Below, piece by piece: positions 1 through 9,673 of a stretch of DNA of 64,000 nucleotides. This stretch comes from Bacteroidaceae bacterium (lineage in GTDB: Bacteria; Bacillota; Negativicutes; Acidaminococcales; Acidaminococcaceae). The translations under genes were made by a program, and so were the position numbers. Numbering within the stretch: position 1 is the stretch's first letter; every line of letters begins with the position of its first letter. The notes beneath the pieces were generated by a model. The model saw only the letters and a list, made by a program, of their open reading frames with translations. It did not search any database and was not told where the DNA came from. The stretch lies in contig CAVDRP010000001.1 of the NCBI GenBank assembly GCA_963611535.1, forward strand, positions 376,122-440,121, written 5' to 3'.

Positions 1-617
1 GCCTTAATTACACGTCTGCCGCCGCCAAGCAGGCAATAGCCAACCAGCACGGCTGCAATAGCACCAATAATCCACGGAGTGGTGGCTGCATCATAGAAGC
101 TGAGTACTGCAAAGGTGGACTGCAAATTGTAGGAGCAGAGCATGTTAAAGCCCACGCCATAGGTTGCAATCAAGGCTATGGCAAACACAACTGCCAGCGC
201 ACGGCTACCCAAGGCAGCTTCGATGTAATAGGCAGGGCCGCCATAGCTGCCATGCGGGCCGCGTTTTTTATAAATTTGCGCCAGCGTGCTTTCGATAAAG
301 GCCGAAGCACCACCAACAACAGCAATAAGCCACATCCAGAACACTGCTCCATAGCCACCCAGGCAGATAGCAGTAGAGATGCCGATGATATTGCCTGTAC
401 CTACGCGTGACGCCGTAGATACCATCAACGCCTGGAAGGAGGACACAGCGCCCTCGGCCACAGGCTTTTCCATAATAATGCGGATAGTTTCCTTGAATAA
501 GCGCACCTGCATCAGACGGGTACGCAAGGTGTAGTACAGGCCTACACCTACGAGCATAATAATCAGCAAATAACTATACATAAAATTGCTGATCGCACCA
601 ATGATTTCTCCAAACAT
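1..617 (-). CDS. Alanine/glycine:cation symporter (AGCS/AlsT family), 5' part; runs off the left edge of the window
   Basis: Not in the ORF track. Manual translation gives MFGEIIGAISNFMYSYLLII...VSSFQALMVSTASRVGTGNIIG...GAVFWMW...FIESTLAQIYK...GGPAYYI, the AGCS signature; GGAG RBS upstream. Confidence 0.9.
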   Translation of the reverse strand, partial: MFGEIIGAISNFMYSYLLIIMLVGVGLYYTLRTRLMQVRLFKETIRIIMEKPVAEGAVSSFQALMVSTASRVGTGNIIGISTAICLGGYGAVFWMWLIAVVGGASAFIESTLAQIYKKRGPHGSYGGPAYYIEAALGSRALAVVFAIALIATYGVGFNMLCSYNLQSTFAVLSFYDAATTPWIIGAIAAVLVGYCLLGGGRRVIK

Positions 618-763
618 AGCTAATTCTCCCTCATAAAAATTTTTACCCGATTATTATAGCATAAAAATTTCGTCTATTCCAATTATAAAAAAGGCAAACC
701 TGCCTTAATTAACAGGAATAGACGATTTAAAGCAGCAAAAGCTGTATTTGTGCAAAGCTTATA

Positions 764-1408
764 TCATTTTAGTGTCAGCAGGCACTCTTTGAGGCTGTCA
801 TAGCATGGATGAGCTAAGTCAAACGCTCCTGCCAGCGCCGCTTCCCCCAGGCACATTCCCACATATTTTTCTGTACCTGCCAAATAAGTATATAGCAAAT
901 GCCTGCTGTAATTTTGCAATTTGTTGTCATTGCCACGACTGTTATTGACTGACAAAAGATATTCCGCACTCATATTATATAGATTATAATAATCACTGCA
1001 TTCCGCGCTTTCGTGCCGCAGGGACTGCAGCAGCAGGTCCTCCAAATAGCCCTTTTGCCAGCGTTTAGTTGATTTTTTACCAGGAAAGAAAAAATGCGTG
1101 CAATACTCCACTTCCTTAAAAAAAGTATTGTCACGCACTGCAAAAAATTTCCGCATGCGGCGCTCGCGCTCTTCAGCAGCATCGGCAAAGAAGACGGCTG
1201 TACGCACAGCCTCCCTGCCTTCCATCTGCCAAAGCCGCTTTGCTGTTGCTCCCAATTTATCCATACCTTGATAATTTACAATCTGCATATTGGGAAGGCA
1301 GGCACCCTGCTTAAACAAATAGCGCAGATAGACATGCAAAAACTGCGCCATTTCTTTTCTTTCACATAGCAATAAAATCTCTCCGGTAATACTGCTCTGC
1401 CTGTTCAA
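764..1408 (-). CDS. Hypothetical protein, DUF3226-like (degenerate TOPRIM-type fold)
   Basis: Probable TTG start just after the waaF stop with a GGAG RBS. LLLCE...VFFADA...GYLEDLLL...YTYLAG...LGEAA..GAFD..HP resembles the DUF3226 pattern as recalled. Confidence 0.5.
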   Translation of the reverse strand: MNRQSSITGEILLLCERKEMAQFLHVYLRYLFKQGACLPNMQIVNYQGMDKLGATAKRLWQMEGREAVRTAVFFADAAEERERRMRKFFAVRDNTFFKEVEYCTHFFFPGKKSTKRWQKGYLEDLLLQSLRHESAECSDYYNLYNMSAEYLLSVNNSRGNDNKLQNYSRHLLYTYLAGTEKYVGMCLGEAALAGAFDLAHPCYDSLKECLLTLK

Positions 1409-1410
1409 GG

Positions 1411-2457
1411 TTATTCTCCTTTTGTCTGCAGCATTTTTTCTGCAGCCTCCACCACCTGCTCCACGGTTAAGCGTGTCATGCACTGCATATCATCACACTT
1501 GTGCTTCATACCATCAGCACAGCCCGGACACGGCGGCATTGCCGTTACAATCAGCGCAGCCTTGGTATAGGGACCATACAGCTTGGGACTGGATGGACCG
1601 TACATTGCTACAATAGGCACCTTTTGGCTGATGGCGACGTGCATGGGACCGCTGTCGTTGGTGATAATCAAGCTGCAACGTTGCATAGCCGCTGCCAGCT
1701 CACCAATACGGAAGCTGCCCGTTGCCACAACCGGTGTTGTCTGCATATGGCTCACAGCCTCCTGCACCATTTCCTCATCCATAGTGCCACCAAAGAAGAC
1801 CGGCTTGTAGCCCTTCGCTGCCAAGATATCGGCCACACGGGCAAAGCGCTCGGGCGCCCACCGCTTGGTGACAACAGCACTGCCAATATTAAAGCCTACT
1901 AGCTTGTCGCTGGCAAAAACTCCATGCTCACGCCAAAAATCGTCTGCATGCTGCTTATATTCCTCACTGGGAAAGATCTCCAGGCCGTTGTGCTGCAAAT
2001 TTTTTACACCCAGCTGCGTCAGCACATCCAGATACATATCGGCAGCGTGGATTTTGCGGTTAAGCGGAGTAAACACGTCCCACAGTGGTTTAAACAGCGT
2101 ATGCGTCGTACCGCAACGCAGCTTTACCTTCGTAAAAGCATCAATAAAGCTACAACGCTCGTTGGGATGCAGGTTTATCAGCACGTCAAATTGCATTTTG
2201 CTGAGGCGGCGGGCGCAGGCCATGAGCGCTAGCAGGCTGTTATCCTTGCCCTTTTTATCAATCGTAATAACCTCGTCCAGATAGGGGTTATGCAAAACCA
2301 CATCCTTCAGCTTTTCGTCCGCCAAAAAGGTGATATGTGCATCAGGCGCAGCCTGACGCAGAGCGTGGATAAAGGGCGTGGTCAGCGTCAAATCGCCCAA
2401 ATGCATCAAAAACGTCACTAATATTTTTTTCCCATTGAGTTCTACAGCCTGTGTCAT
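1411..2457 (-). CDS. waaF: LPS heptosyltransferase (GT9 family, WaaF-like)
   Basis: HLGDL, KRW..ERF and NDSGPMH motifs; ADP-heptose operon context. Confidence 0.8.
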   Translation of the reverse strand: MTQAVELNGKKILVTFLMHLGDLTLTTPFIHALRQAAPDAHITFLADEKLKDVVLHNPYLDEVITIDKKGKDNSLLALMACARRLSKMQFDVLINLHPNERCSFIDAFTKVKLRCGTTHTLFKPLWDVFTPLNRKIHAADMYLDVLTQLGVKNLQHNGLEIFPSEEYKQHADDFWREHGVFASDKLVGFNIGSAVVTKRWAPERFARVADILAAKGYKPVFFGGTMDEEMVQEAVSHMQTTPVVATGSFRIGELAAAMQRCSLIITNDSGPMHVAISQKVPIVAMYGPSSPKLYGPYTKAALIVTAMPPCPGCADGMKHKCDDMQCMTRLTVEQVVEAAEKMLQTKGE

Positions 2458-3500
2458 CAGCCCTGTGCCACCTTTTCCCGATAAATTTTATAAACAGCCT
2501 CCGGCGTAATATCATGCATACAATGCCAATTATCGCACTTCTTCTTTAAGCAGCCTGCGCACGCAGCAGGCGACAGCAAAACAGTGGAATTGTTGCTGCC
2601 ATAGGGTCCCGTCCTGTCTGCCTTTGTGGGCCCGTACATCGCCACCAACGGCTTTTTGAGTGCCGCCGCAAAGTGCAACGGGCCCGTATCAGCACTAATG
2701 TAGAAGCTGCAGCCCTTGATGAGCGCTGCCAGCTCGCGCAGAGAGGTTTTGCCCGTCATGTCCAAAACTTTGCTGCATTGAGCAGCTTCAGCAATCTGCG
2801 CACCCTTAGTCGCATCATCCGGCCCGCCTGCCAGCACTACGAAGGTGCCGTCAGCGGTTATTTTCCGCACTAGCTGAGCATAATGCGCAAGCGGCCATTC
2901 CTTAGTCCACCAGCGTGCGCCAGGCACAATAACAACATAGCTGCCGCCATTGTAGCCAAGATCACGCAGCTTTTGCTCAACGCTGGCACCTTCCTTAGTC
3001 AAATTCGGCATAGGAAATTGCACATCATCCAGCGTTTCCACCTTAGCACCCAAATAGCGCGCTACATCCAGATAACGCTCGATAACATGATCCTTGGCAT
3101 GCGTGCCTGTAATCGCCCTGCTCACCAGGCCACTACCCTCACGCATTTCAGAGTAACCAATGCGGTTAGCACAGCCGCTGATAGCAGCAAGCACTGCGCT
3201 CTTAAAAAGGCCCTGCATATCAATAACCAGGTCAAAATGCCTGCTGTGCAAAAGCGAGCGCATCTCGCAAAAATATTTAAGCTTAGCGCTCAAGCCCAGC
3301 TTGTTAAATTTTACCTTGTCAAAATAAATGACCTCGTCAATTACAGGCGGGTCTGGCACAAAGCCGGCAAACTGCGGATGCACCAGCCAGGTAATTCTTG
3401 CCTGGGGAAAGCGCTTTCTAAGCGCCGCTGCAAAGGGCAGCGTGTGCAGAATATCTCCCAAGGAGCTCATTTTTATAAGTAGAATATTTTGGTATTCCAT
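2457..3500 (-). CDS. waaC: LPS heptosyltransferase I (GT9 family, WaaC-like)
   Basis: KMSSLGDILH, DMQGLFKSA and DTGPLH motifs. Confidence 0.8.
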   Translation of the reverse strand: MEYQNILLIKMSSLGDILHTLPFAAALRKRFPQARITWLVHPQFAGFVPDPPVIDEVIYFDKVKFNKLGLSAKLKYFCEMRSLLHSRHFDLVIDMQGLFKSAVLAAISGCANRIGYSEMREGSGLVSRAITGTHAKDHVIERYLDVARYLGAKVETLDDVQFPMPNLTKEGASVEQKLRDLGYNGGSYVVIVPGARWWTKEWPLAHYAQLVRKITADGTFVVLAGGPDDATKGAQIAEAAQCSKVLDMTGKTSLRELAALIKGCSFYISADTGPLHFAAALKKPLVAMYGPTKADRTGPYGSNNSTVLLSPAACAGCLKKKCDNWHCMHDITPEAVYKIYREKVAQG

Positions 3501-3501
3501 G

Positions 3502-4002
3502 CTAATCCACAATCTTCTTCACAAAGTCCAGCAAATTGCCGCCAGTATACAAATATCCCTTGATGCCTGCAGCTTCAGCGGCCTCCACATCGCGCCTGCC
3601 ATCACCGATAAGAAAGCTTTGCTCCTTGTCGATATCATAATCAGCGCAGGCAGTAAGCAGCATACCCGGCGCAGGCTTACGGCAGCTGCAGCTGCAGGTA
3701 TATTCTGCCACACTGCCTTCAGGGTGATGCGGACAGTAGTAAACCCTTTCTACCTTACCGCCGCATTTTGCCAGCTCCTGCAGCATATAAGTGTGTAGCT
3801 CGTCCATCTGCGCTACCGTGTAATAGCCGCGGGCAATACCGCTTTGGTTAGTAACGATAAAAATTTTGTAGCCAAGTGCCGTCAAGTAGGCCACAGCCTC
3901 ACGTGCGCCCTCAATCCATTGCAGGTCACTGATTTTATACAAATAAGCGACATCCACATTGAGCACGCCATCACGATCAAAAAAGACAGCCTTAGCCTTC
4001 AT
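3502..4002 (-). CDS. gmhB: D-glycero-D-manno-heptose 1,7-bisphosphate phosphatase
   Basis: HAD motif FFDRDG, TNQSGIARG, CPHHP...CSCRKP. Confidence 0.92.
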   Translation of the reverse strand: MKAKAVFFDRDGVLNVDVAYLYKISDLQWIEGAREAVAYLTALGYKIFIVTNQSGIARGYYTVAQMDELHTYMLQELAKCGGKVERVYYCPHHPEGSVAEYTCSCSCRKPAPGMLLTACADYDIDKEQSFLIGDGRRDVEAAEAAGIKGYLYTGGNLLDFVKKIVD

Positions 4003-4966
4003 ATACGTAGTAACCGCCAGTCTTGTCAAGCAATGCGCAATATTCTTCGATAGCATCCTCTATTTGGGTAAAACCACCATCGTAGCCTGCTGCCAGCAAA
4101 TTAGCCGGATCAGCCTCAGTAAAGCTTTGGTATTTTCCCTTGAGCACCTCGGGGAAGGGAACATATTCCAGCTCACCGCTGCCAAAATGCTTCAGCACGC
4201 CCTTAGCCAGCGTATTGAACGGATGCGCATGGCCAGTGCCGCAGTTGAAAATGCCGCTGATTTCCGGATGCTCCCAAAAATAGAAATTAACCTTAACTAC
4301 GTCCTTAACATAGACAAAGTCACGGGTATGCTCGCCTGGGCCATAGCCGTCATAAGCGCCAAACAGCTTCACCTTGTGCTCAGCCTTCCATTGGTTATAC
4401 ATTTGGAAAATCATCGAAGCCATTTTGCCCTTATGGTTTTCCTGTGGGCCATACACGTTAAAATAACGCAGGCCAACAACCTGGCTTTGAGCCTGCGGCA
4501 GCAAACGGCGCAGATAGTTGTCAAAAAACAGCTTAGAAAAGGCGTAAACGTTGAGTGCCTCCTCGCAGGCAGGCTCCTCGCGAAAGCCGTGCGCACCACT
4601 GCCATAGGTGGAAGCAGAGGAAGCATACATCATCTGGATTTTACGGTCCAGGCAAAAATGCAGCACGTTTTTAGTATATTCAAAGTTGTTTTCCATCATA
4701 TACTTGCCATTATACTCCATAGTATCCGAGCAGGCGCCCTCGTGGAAAATAACATCAATTTTTTCGTGGTTAAACTTACCAGCCTTTAATGCATCCATAA
4801 AGGCAAATTTATCCATATAATCCTTAACCTTCAAGCCTTGGATATTTTTAAACTTCACCATATTGGTCAGATTATCAACCACCAGGATATCATCAATACC
4901 ACGGTCGTTTAAGCCTTTAACTATGTTACTGCCGATAAAGCCGGCACCACCAGTTACGATAATCAT
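3992..4966 (-). CDS. hldD: ADP-L-glycero-D-manno-heptose 6-epimerase
   Basis: IIVTGGAGFIGSN, HEGACSDT, YASSAS, LRYFNVYG, HKGKMAS. Confidence 0.95.
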   Translation of the reverse strand: MIIVTGGAGFIGSNIVKGLNDRGIDDILVVDNLTNMVKFKNIQGLKVKDYMDKFAFMDALKAGKFNHEKIDVIFHEGACSDTMEYNGKYMMENNFEYTKNVLHFCLDRKIQMMYASSASTYGSGAHGFREEPACEEALNVYAFSKLFFDNYLRRLLPQAQSQVVGLRYFNVYGPQENHKGKMASMIFQMYNQWKAEHKVKLFGAYDGYGPGEHTRDFVYVKDVVKVNFYFWEHPEISGIFNCGTGHAHPFNTLAKGVLKHFGSGELEYVPFPEVLKGKYQSFTEADPANLLAAGYDGGFTQIEDAIEEYCALLDKTGGYYVYEG

Positions 4967-6453
4967 AATTTACCCTCCTTAACCATTTTGGCAATTTTTT
5001 CTACTACGCCAGTTGTGGAATAACCATCTTCAAATTCGATAATCTGCACCTCTCCGGCATATTCACGTCCTGCAACCTCCTCAGGCTTATAATCGCCACC
5101 CTTGACGAGGATATCGGGACGTATTTTTTCTATCAATTGCGTAGGCGTGTCCTGGTCAAACAGCACCACTGCATCTACGCAGGCCAGCGCTGCCAAAACG
5201 CGCGCACGGTCCAGCTCATGTACCAGCGGACGCGTCTCACCCTTTAAGCGACGCACAGAGGCATCCGTATTCAGGCCCACAATCAAATGCTTACCCAGGT
5301 TGCGTGCCTTTTCCAGATAGGTTACGTGCCCCACATGTAAAATGTCAAAGCAGCCATTGGTAAAGACAATCTTTTCACCGCAGGCCTTCCAGGTTGCTGC
5401 TAGCGACGCAATCTCCTGCCAGCTGAGCGTGCGGTAGCCACGCCCCTGCTTGCGTTCTTCTGTAAGCAGATCCTTGAGCAGCTCGTCACGATGCACGGGA
5501 TAGGTACCAACCTTGGCTACAACAATGCCTGCCGCACGATTGGCCATAAACACCGCATCTGCCAGCGCCAGCTTACCTGCCACACCTGCCAGAAGCGTTG
5601 CCGCCACCGTATCACCCGCTCCCGACACATCAAACACCTCGATGGCGGTAGCAGGACTGTGCAGCACTTGCGTTTCGTTTACCAGGCTCATGCCACGTTC
5701 ACTGCGCGTAACGACAACATTTTTGATGTCAAACCTGCACCTAGCCTCCTGCGCCATAGCGACAACGGCAGCGTCCTCGTTAGCACGCTCACAGCCTGCT
5801 GCCTCGCACATTTCCTTTAGATTGGGGGTGATAAAATCACAGCCGCTGTATTTCGTCCAATCTGCACCCTTTGGGTCAATCAAAACAGGTATGCCATAGG
5901 CCTTACCTTGGGCGATTACCCATTGGCAATAATCATCCGAGCACACACCCTTAGCGTAATCCGACACAATGATGCCATCCAAGCCACTGTCCAGCAAGGC
6001 TGCCAGCCATTGACGCAGGGCAATAATCTCTTCAGGATATAAATCTCCGGTTTCTTCAAAATCCATGCGCAGCATCTGCTGATTGCCACCAAGCACACGC
6101 AGCTTGGTGATGGTTTTGCGGCGCGCACTTTTTACCAGGCCGCTGTGATCAATGCCAGCAGCATCTAGCAGGCCCTCCAGGAGCAGGCGGTTTTCATCAT
6201 CACCTGTCACGCCGCCCATGTACACCTGACATTCCAAATGCGCCAAATTAGCCGCAACGTTAGCAGCACCGCCAAGCACAGAATTTATCTTGGTAATGCG
6301 GGTCACGGGTACAGGCGCTTCGGGAGATATACGCTTTACCTCACCCTGAAAGTAACGGTCCAGCATCACATCGCCAATAACAGCAACACGTATATTTTTA
6401 ATTCTTTCAGCTAAAAAGGTTGTTACAGCAAGATCTGCCAAATTATTCACCAT
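4963..6453 (-). CDS. hldE: Bifunctional heptose-7-phosphate kinase / heptose-1-phosphate adenylyltransferase
   Basis: RISPEAPVPV and DVSGAGDT kinase motifs; C-terminal FTNGCFDILHVGH cytidylyltransferase-like domain. Confidence 0.95.
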   Translation of the reverse strand: MVNNLADLAVTTFLAERIKNIRVAVIGDVMLDRYFQGEVKRISPEAPVPVTRITKINSVLGGAANVAANLAHLECQVYMGGVTGDDENRLLLEGLLDAAGIDHSGLVKSARRKTITKLRVLGGNQQMLRMDFEETGDLYPEEIIALRQWLAALLDSGLDGIIVSDYAKGVCSDDYCQWVIAQGKAYGIPVLIDPKGADWTKYSGCDFITPNLKEMCEAAGCERANEDAAVVAMAQEARCRFDIKNVVVTRSERGMSLVNETQVLHSPATAIEVFDVSGAGDTVAATLLAGVAGKLALADAVFMANRAAGIVVAKVGTYPVHRDELLKDLLTEERKQGRGYRTLSWQEIASLAATWKACGEKIVFTNGCFDILHVGHVTYLEKARNLGKHLIVGLNTDASVRRLKGETRPLVHELDRARVLAALACVDAVVLFDQDTPTQLIEKIRPDILVKGGDYKPEEVAGREYAGEVQIIEFEDGYSTTGVVEKIAKMVKEGKL

Positions 6454-7006
6454 CCACCAGCTCACACAAAATGTGACCTATCAAAATATGCATTTCCTGC
6501 GCACGGGCAGTAACCTTAGCAGGCACAGCCAGACACTCGTCGCACAGCTCTGCCAGCTTGCCGCCACCTGCTGCAGTCATACCTACGCAGAAAACGCCCT
6601 TAGCCTTAGCCAGCTCCACAGCCTGCACCACGTTACCGCTGTTACCGCTTGTGGAAATGCCTACTAGCACGTCCCCTGGACGTGCCAGCGCCTCTACCTG
6701 GCGCACAAAAACCTTGTCATAGCCATAATCATTGCCTACTGCTGTAAGAATAGATGTATCCACCGTAAGCGCAATAGCAGGCAGGCCTGCTCGCTCCTTT
6801 TGAAAACGGCCTACAAATTCTGCTGCCAGATGCTGACTGTCGGCAGCACTGCCGCCATTGCCGCAAAACATAACCTTGTTGCCACGCGCCAAGGCCTGCT
6901 TTACTTCCGCGGCAACATGCTCTATTTGTTGCAAAATACCGCTGTTCATAACAGCATTGGCCACTTCTAAATGGTCCAAAAACCTTTGTTTAATAATTTC
7001 CTGCAT
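6443..7006 (-). CDS. gmhA: Phosphoheptose isomerase
   Basis: CGNGGSAADSQH, GNDYG, ISTSGNS, QEMH. Confidence 0.96.
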   Translation of the reverse strand: MQEIIKQRFLDHLEVANAVMNSGILQQIEHVAAEVKQALARGNKVMFCGNGGSAADSQHLAAEFVGRFQKERAGLPAIALTVDTSILTAVGNDYGYDKVFVRQVEALARPGDVLVGISTSGNSGNVVQAVELAKAKGVFCVGMTAAGGGKLAELCDECLAVPAKVTARAQEMHILIGHILCELVDGE

Positions 7007-7020
7007 AATTATCCTCGTTA

Positions 7021-8520
7021 TTATAAGTTATAGAAATAATAATGAATCTTAAAGCTATGATCATCCTTATACTGCTTATCCTGATATGTCAGCTCCAATG
7101 CCCAGCAGCAGAACTTGTGCAGCCAGCGGTAATCACGCTCATATTCACTTCCCTTTTCTAGATCGAAACGGTTGATAAAGGTAAAGGTATTCTTATCATC
7201 CGGACTAAAGGACAAGCCATTGCGCAGCTCCTGTGCCATATCTGGCTGACCGATGTCAAACAGGTTGCTGGTAAGATCCTCGCGATAGTAGCCCACCCAT
7301 GTGCGCCACTTAGGCGAAATGCGTTGTCCCAGCGTTGCATAGTACATGTCAGTAGATTTTGTTTCACCGGTATAGCTTTCATTAACCCACTTTTTACCCA
7401 CAGTAAGATCTAATACTGTGTTCTTAGAATTAAACAGGTAAATAGGATCATGGTTAAGATAAACAGCATATTCCTTGTGCCAGCTCTTGCGTCCGGTATT
7501 TTCCTTCGTCCACAGGCCATATTCAAAGTAGCCGGAATAGCTCAACGGCAGGCCCTTCATGATATGATGATTTTTGTAATCAAAGCGCCAGTTATTAGAC
7601 TTTTTGTACCATTCATCATCATCCTCATCCCAGCCATAGGAATAAGAAATATTAAAGTTACGTTCATTGTGCTTGACTGCGTAATACGGCTTAAAGCCTG
7701 CCTTAGAGTAGTAAGGAAGATCTAACCCGACGCTAGTCTTTTCGGTAATTGGCTGCTCTACTTCAAGCTTGATATACGAACCGTTTTTGCTGTCATCAAA
7801 GCCAATACGCGGAAGGATTTTTGTCTTGCCGCTGTCATCAAAGGTATTCACCCACAAATCACGGGAGTAAACATGCTTACCACGTATAAACACCTTAACA
7901 TCATGGGCAACCATCTTCTCTTTGGGATATATTTCAAAGGTTTTTGCCGTAATTGACAGACAAGGTGGATGCTTAACTGCCGGGCAGCGCGACATTCTGC
8001 CGCCCTCATCCACTACAATCTTATCTGGATAAATCTGAGCATGTGGTGCGTCGTAAATATCCTTAACACTGGTGCCGCTGATTTCTTTAATTTCACCGGT
8101 CTTAGTGTTAAAGTTATAATGTGCCCACTTACCATGCATATTGCTTTGGGGCTGTTGCACAGTAGCTCCCTGCTCCAGCCAAATATCGCCTGTTTTCATA
8201 TTACCTGAAGCATAAGTAGTAAGCAGCTTTTCGGTTCCCTGCGTCACCACAACATTGCCGCTGGCATGAAAATCACCACTAGTGCTGTCATATTCAGCAT
8301 GGTCGGCTGTTAAATGGATAGGCAGCGCCTGCGTTGCTTCTTTAGCAGCCTGCTTTTGTGTTTTACGCTCAGGCACTACATTATTCACAGCCTTAGCGTT
8401 CTCCTCATCGGCAAAGACAGGAGCGTCATAGCGTGCATCGCCGCTATTAGTGTATTGCGCTGCCGACGCCGGCAGGCACAGGCCCAGGGCCAGGGCCGTA
8501 GCGATAAAGGTCTTGTTCAT
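7021..8520 (-). CDS. LptD-like LPS-assembly outer-membrane protein (OstA N-terminal domain plus beta-barrel)
   Basis: Signal peptide; LTADHAEYD...ASGNVVVTQG OstA-like strands; CP...HP motif; aromatic-rich C-terminal beta-strands; LPS operon context. Confidence 0.7.
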   Translation of the reverse strand: MNKTFIATALALGLCLPASAAQYTNSGDARYDAPVFADEENAKAVNNVVPERKTQKQAAKEATQALPIHLTADHAEYDSTSGDFHASGNVVVTQGTEKLLTTYASGNMKTGDIWLEQGATVQQPQSNMHGKWAHYNFNTKTGEIKEISGTSVKDIYDAPHAQIYPDKIVVDEGGRMSRCPAVKHPPCLSITAKTFEIYPKEKMVAHDVKVFIRGKHVYSRDLWVNTFDDSGKTKILPRIGFDDSKNGSYIKLEVEQPITEKTSVGLDLPYYSKAGFKPYYAVKHNERNFNISYSYGWDEDDDEWYKKSNNWRFDYKNHHIMKGLPLSYSGYFEYGLWTKENTGRKSWHKEYAVYLNHDPIYLFNSKNTVLDLTVGKKWVNESYTGETKSTDMYYATLGQRISPKWRTWVGYYREDLTSNLFDIGQPDMAQELRNGLSFSPDDKNTFTFINRFDLEKGSEYERDYRWLHKFCCWALELTYQDKQYKDDHSFKIHYYFYNL

Positions 8521-8638
8521 AAGAAAACTCCTTTTGTATGCTAGATAAAAAAATCCATAATAATCCACTTAACATTATATCATAAAAAAAAGAAAAGCTC
8601 ACCCTTACAGGCAAGCTTTTCACTGTTATTCCACTTTT

Positions 8639-9568
8639 TTATTCTTGATATACTACACCCTGCAGCGTTGTATCATCGGACGTTTGCACAAAGGTTTCGC
8701 AGCCAACGGGAATAGTAACGCTGTTGCCCTTCACAAAAGCACCACCAACAAGGCCCACAGGTCCCAGTATAACCATGCCGCCAATAGCCGCACCAGCTGC
8801 ACCGGCAATGCTTTCAGCCTTTTGCTTGGCCAGCTCACCCACAGTAATGGGTATTTTAGTACCATCTACACCATAAATATAGGTGAAGTTTATATCAATA
8901 CGACCGTCCTTGCCAAAAATACCAGGCTGCACTACTTTTTTCACTTCGCCAACACCAGTTGCTCCCTTAGGCAACACCAACACGTCATTGACGTACAGAT
9001 TGTCTGCAGCCTTAAAGTTAACAACATCACCCTGGCGGCTCATTTTTGTGCTCAGCTCGGAGGTAAAGGTGATTTTAAAAACAGAATCCTTAGGCAAAGT
9101 TACCTGCTGTACAGGAACCTTACCATCAGAATAAGAAGCAAGCTTCAGCAGGTTTTCCAGCCTGCCGCTCAAGGAACCGCTCTGGCTCTGGCCATACAGC
9201 AGCTTTTCAGTTGCCTCGATACGATTTTTTGCGGCAGCACCCGACATGCTTTCGTCCATCTTCCATTCTACCACATTAAGCTTGGTGGCAAAGGAGGCTT
9301 CGCCGTTATCCGGTGAACCTTCCAGATAATCATACATATTGTCAACACGGTTCAAGATTGCATCCGAAGTGATGGTGCCATAAACGTCGTCCTCAAGGCT
9401 GTCCATACGTTGAATAAGCGATCCGCTTTGCTCTGTACCGTAAAGCATTTTTTCCATAGCAGCAATTTTATCCGCCATAGGCATAGCTGAATCAGCAGCA
9501 AAACCAGGAATTACCGTTGTAAAGCAAAAAATAAACGTCAGCAATAAAGTAGCCAGCTGTTTTTTCAA
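8639..9568 (-). CDS. Exported hypothetical protein with repeated E..LYG..QSGSL..R helical motifs and a C-terminal beta-rich domain with a Gly-rich hairpin
   Basis: TTG start with GGAGG RBS; signal peptide; internal repeats visible in the translation. Confidence 0.7.
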   Translation of the reverse strand: MKKQLATLLLTFIFCFTTVIPGFAADSAMPMADKIAAMEKMLYGTEQSGSLIQRMDSLEDDVYGTITSDAILNRVDNMYDYLEGSPDNGEASFATKLNVVEWKMDESMSGAAAKNRIEATEKLLYGQSQSGSLSGRLENLLKLASYSDGKVPVQQVTLPKDSVFKITFTSELSTKMSRQGDVVNFKAADNLYVNDVLVLPKGATGVGEVKKVVQPGIFGKDGRIDINFTYIYGVDGTKIPITVGELAKQKAESIAGAAGAAIGGMVILGPVGLVGGAFVKGNSVTIPVGCETFVQTSDDTTLQGVVYQE

Positions 9569-9673
9569 TTTACTTACCTCCAATCAGAGTAATATATTAC
9601 CATTATAGCATAAGCTATAATAAAAAAACAGGGGTATGTCAAAACATCCCCTGTTGCTGCCTTCAGGCTGTGC

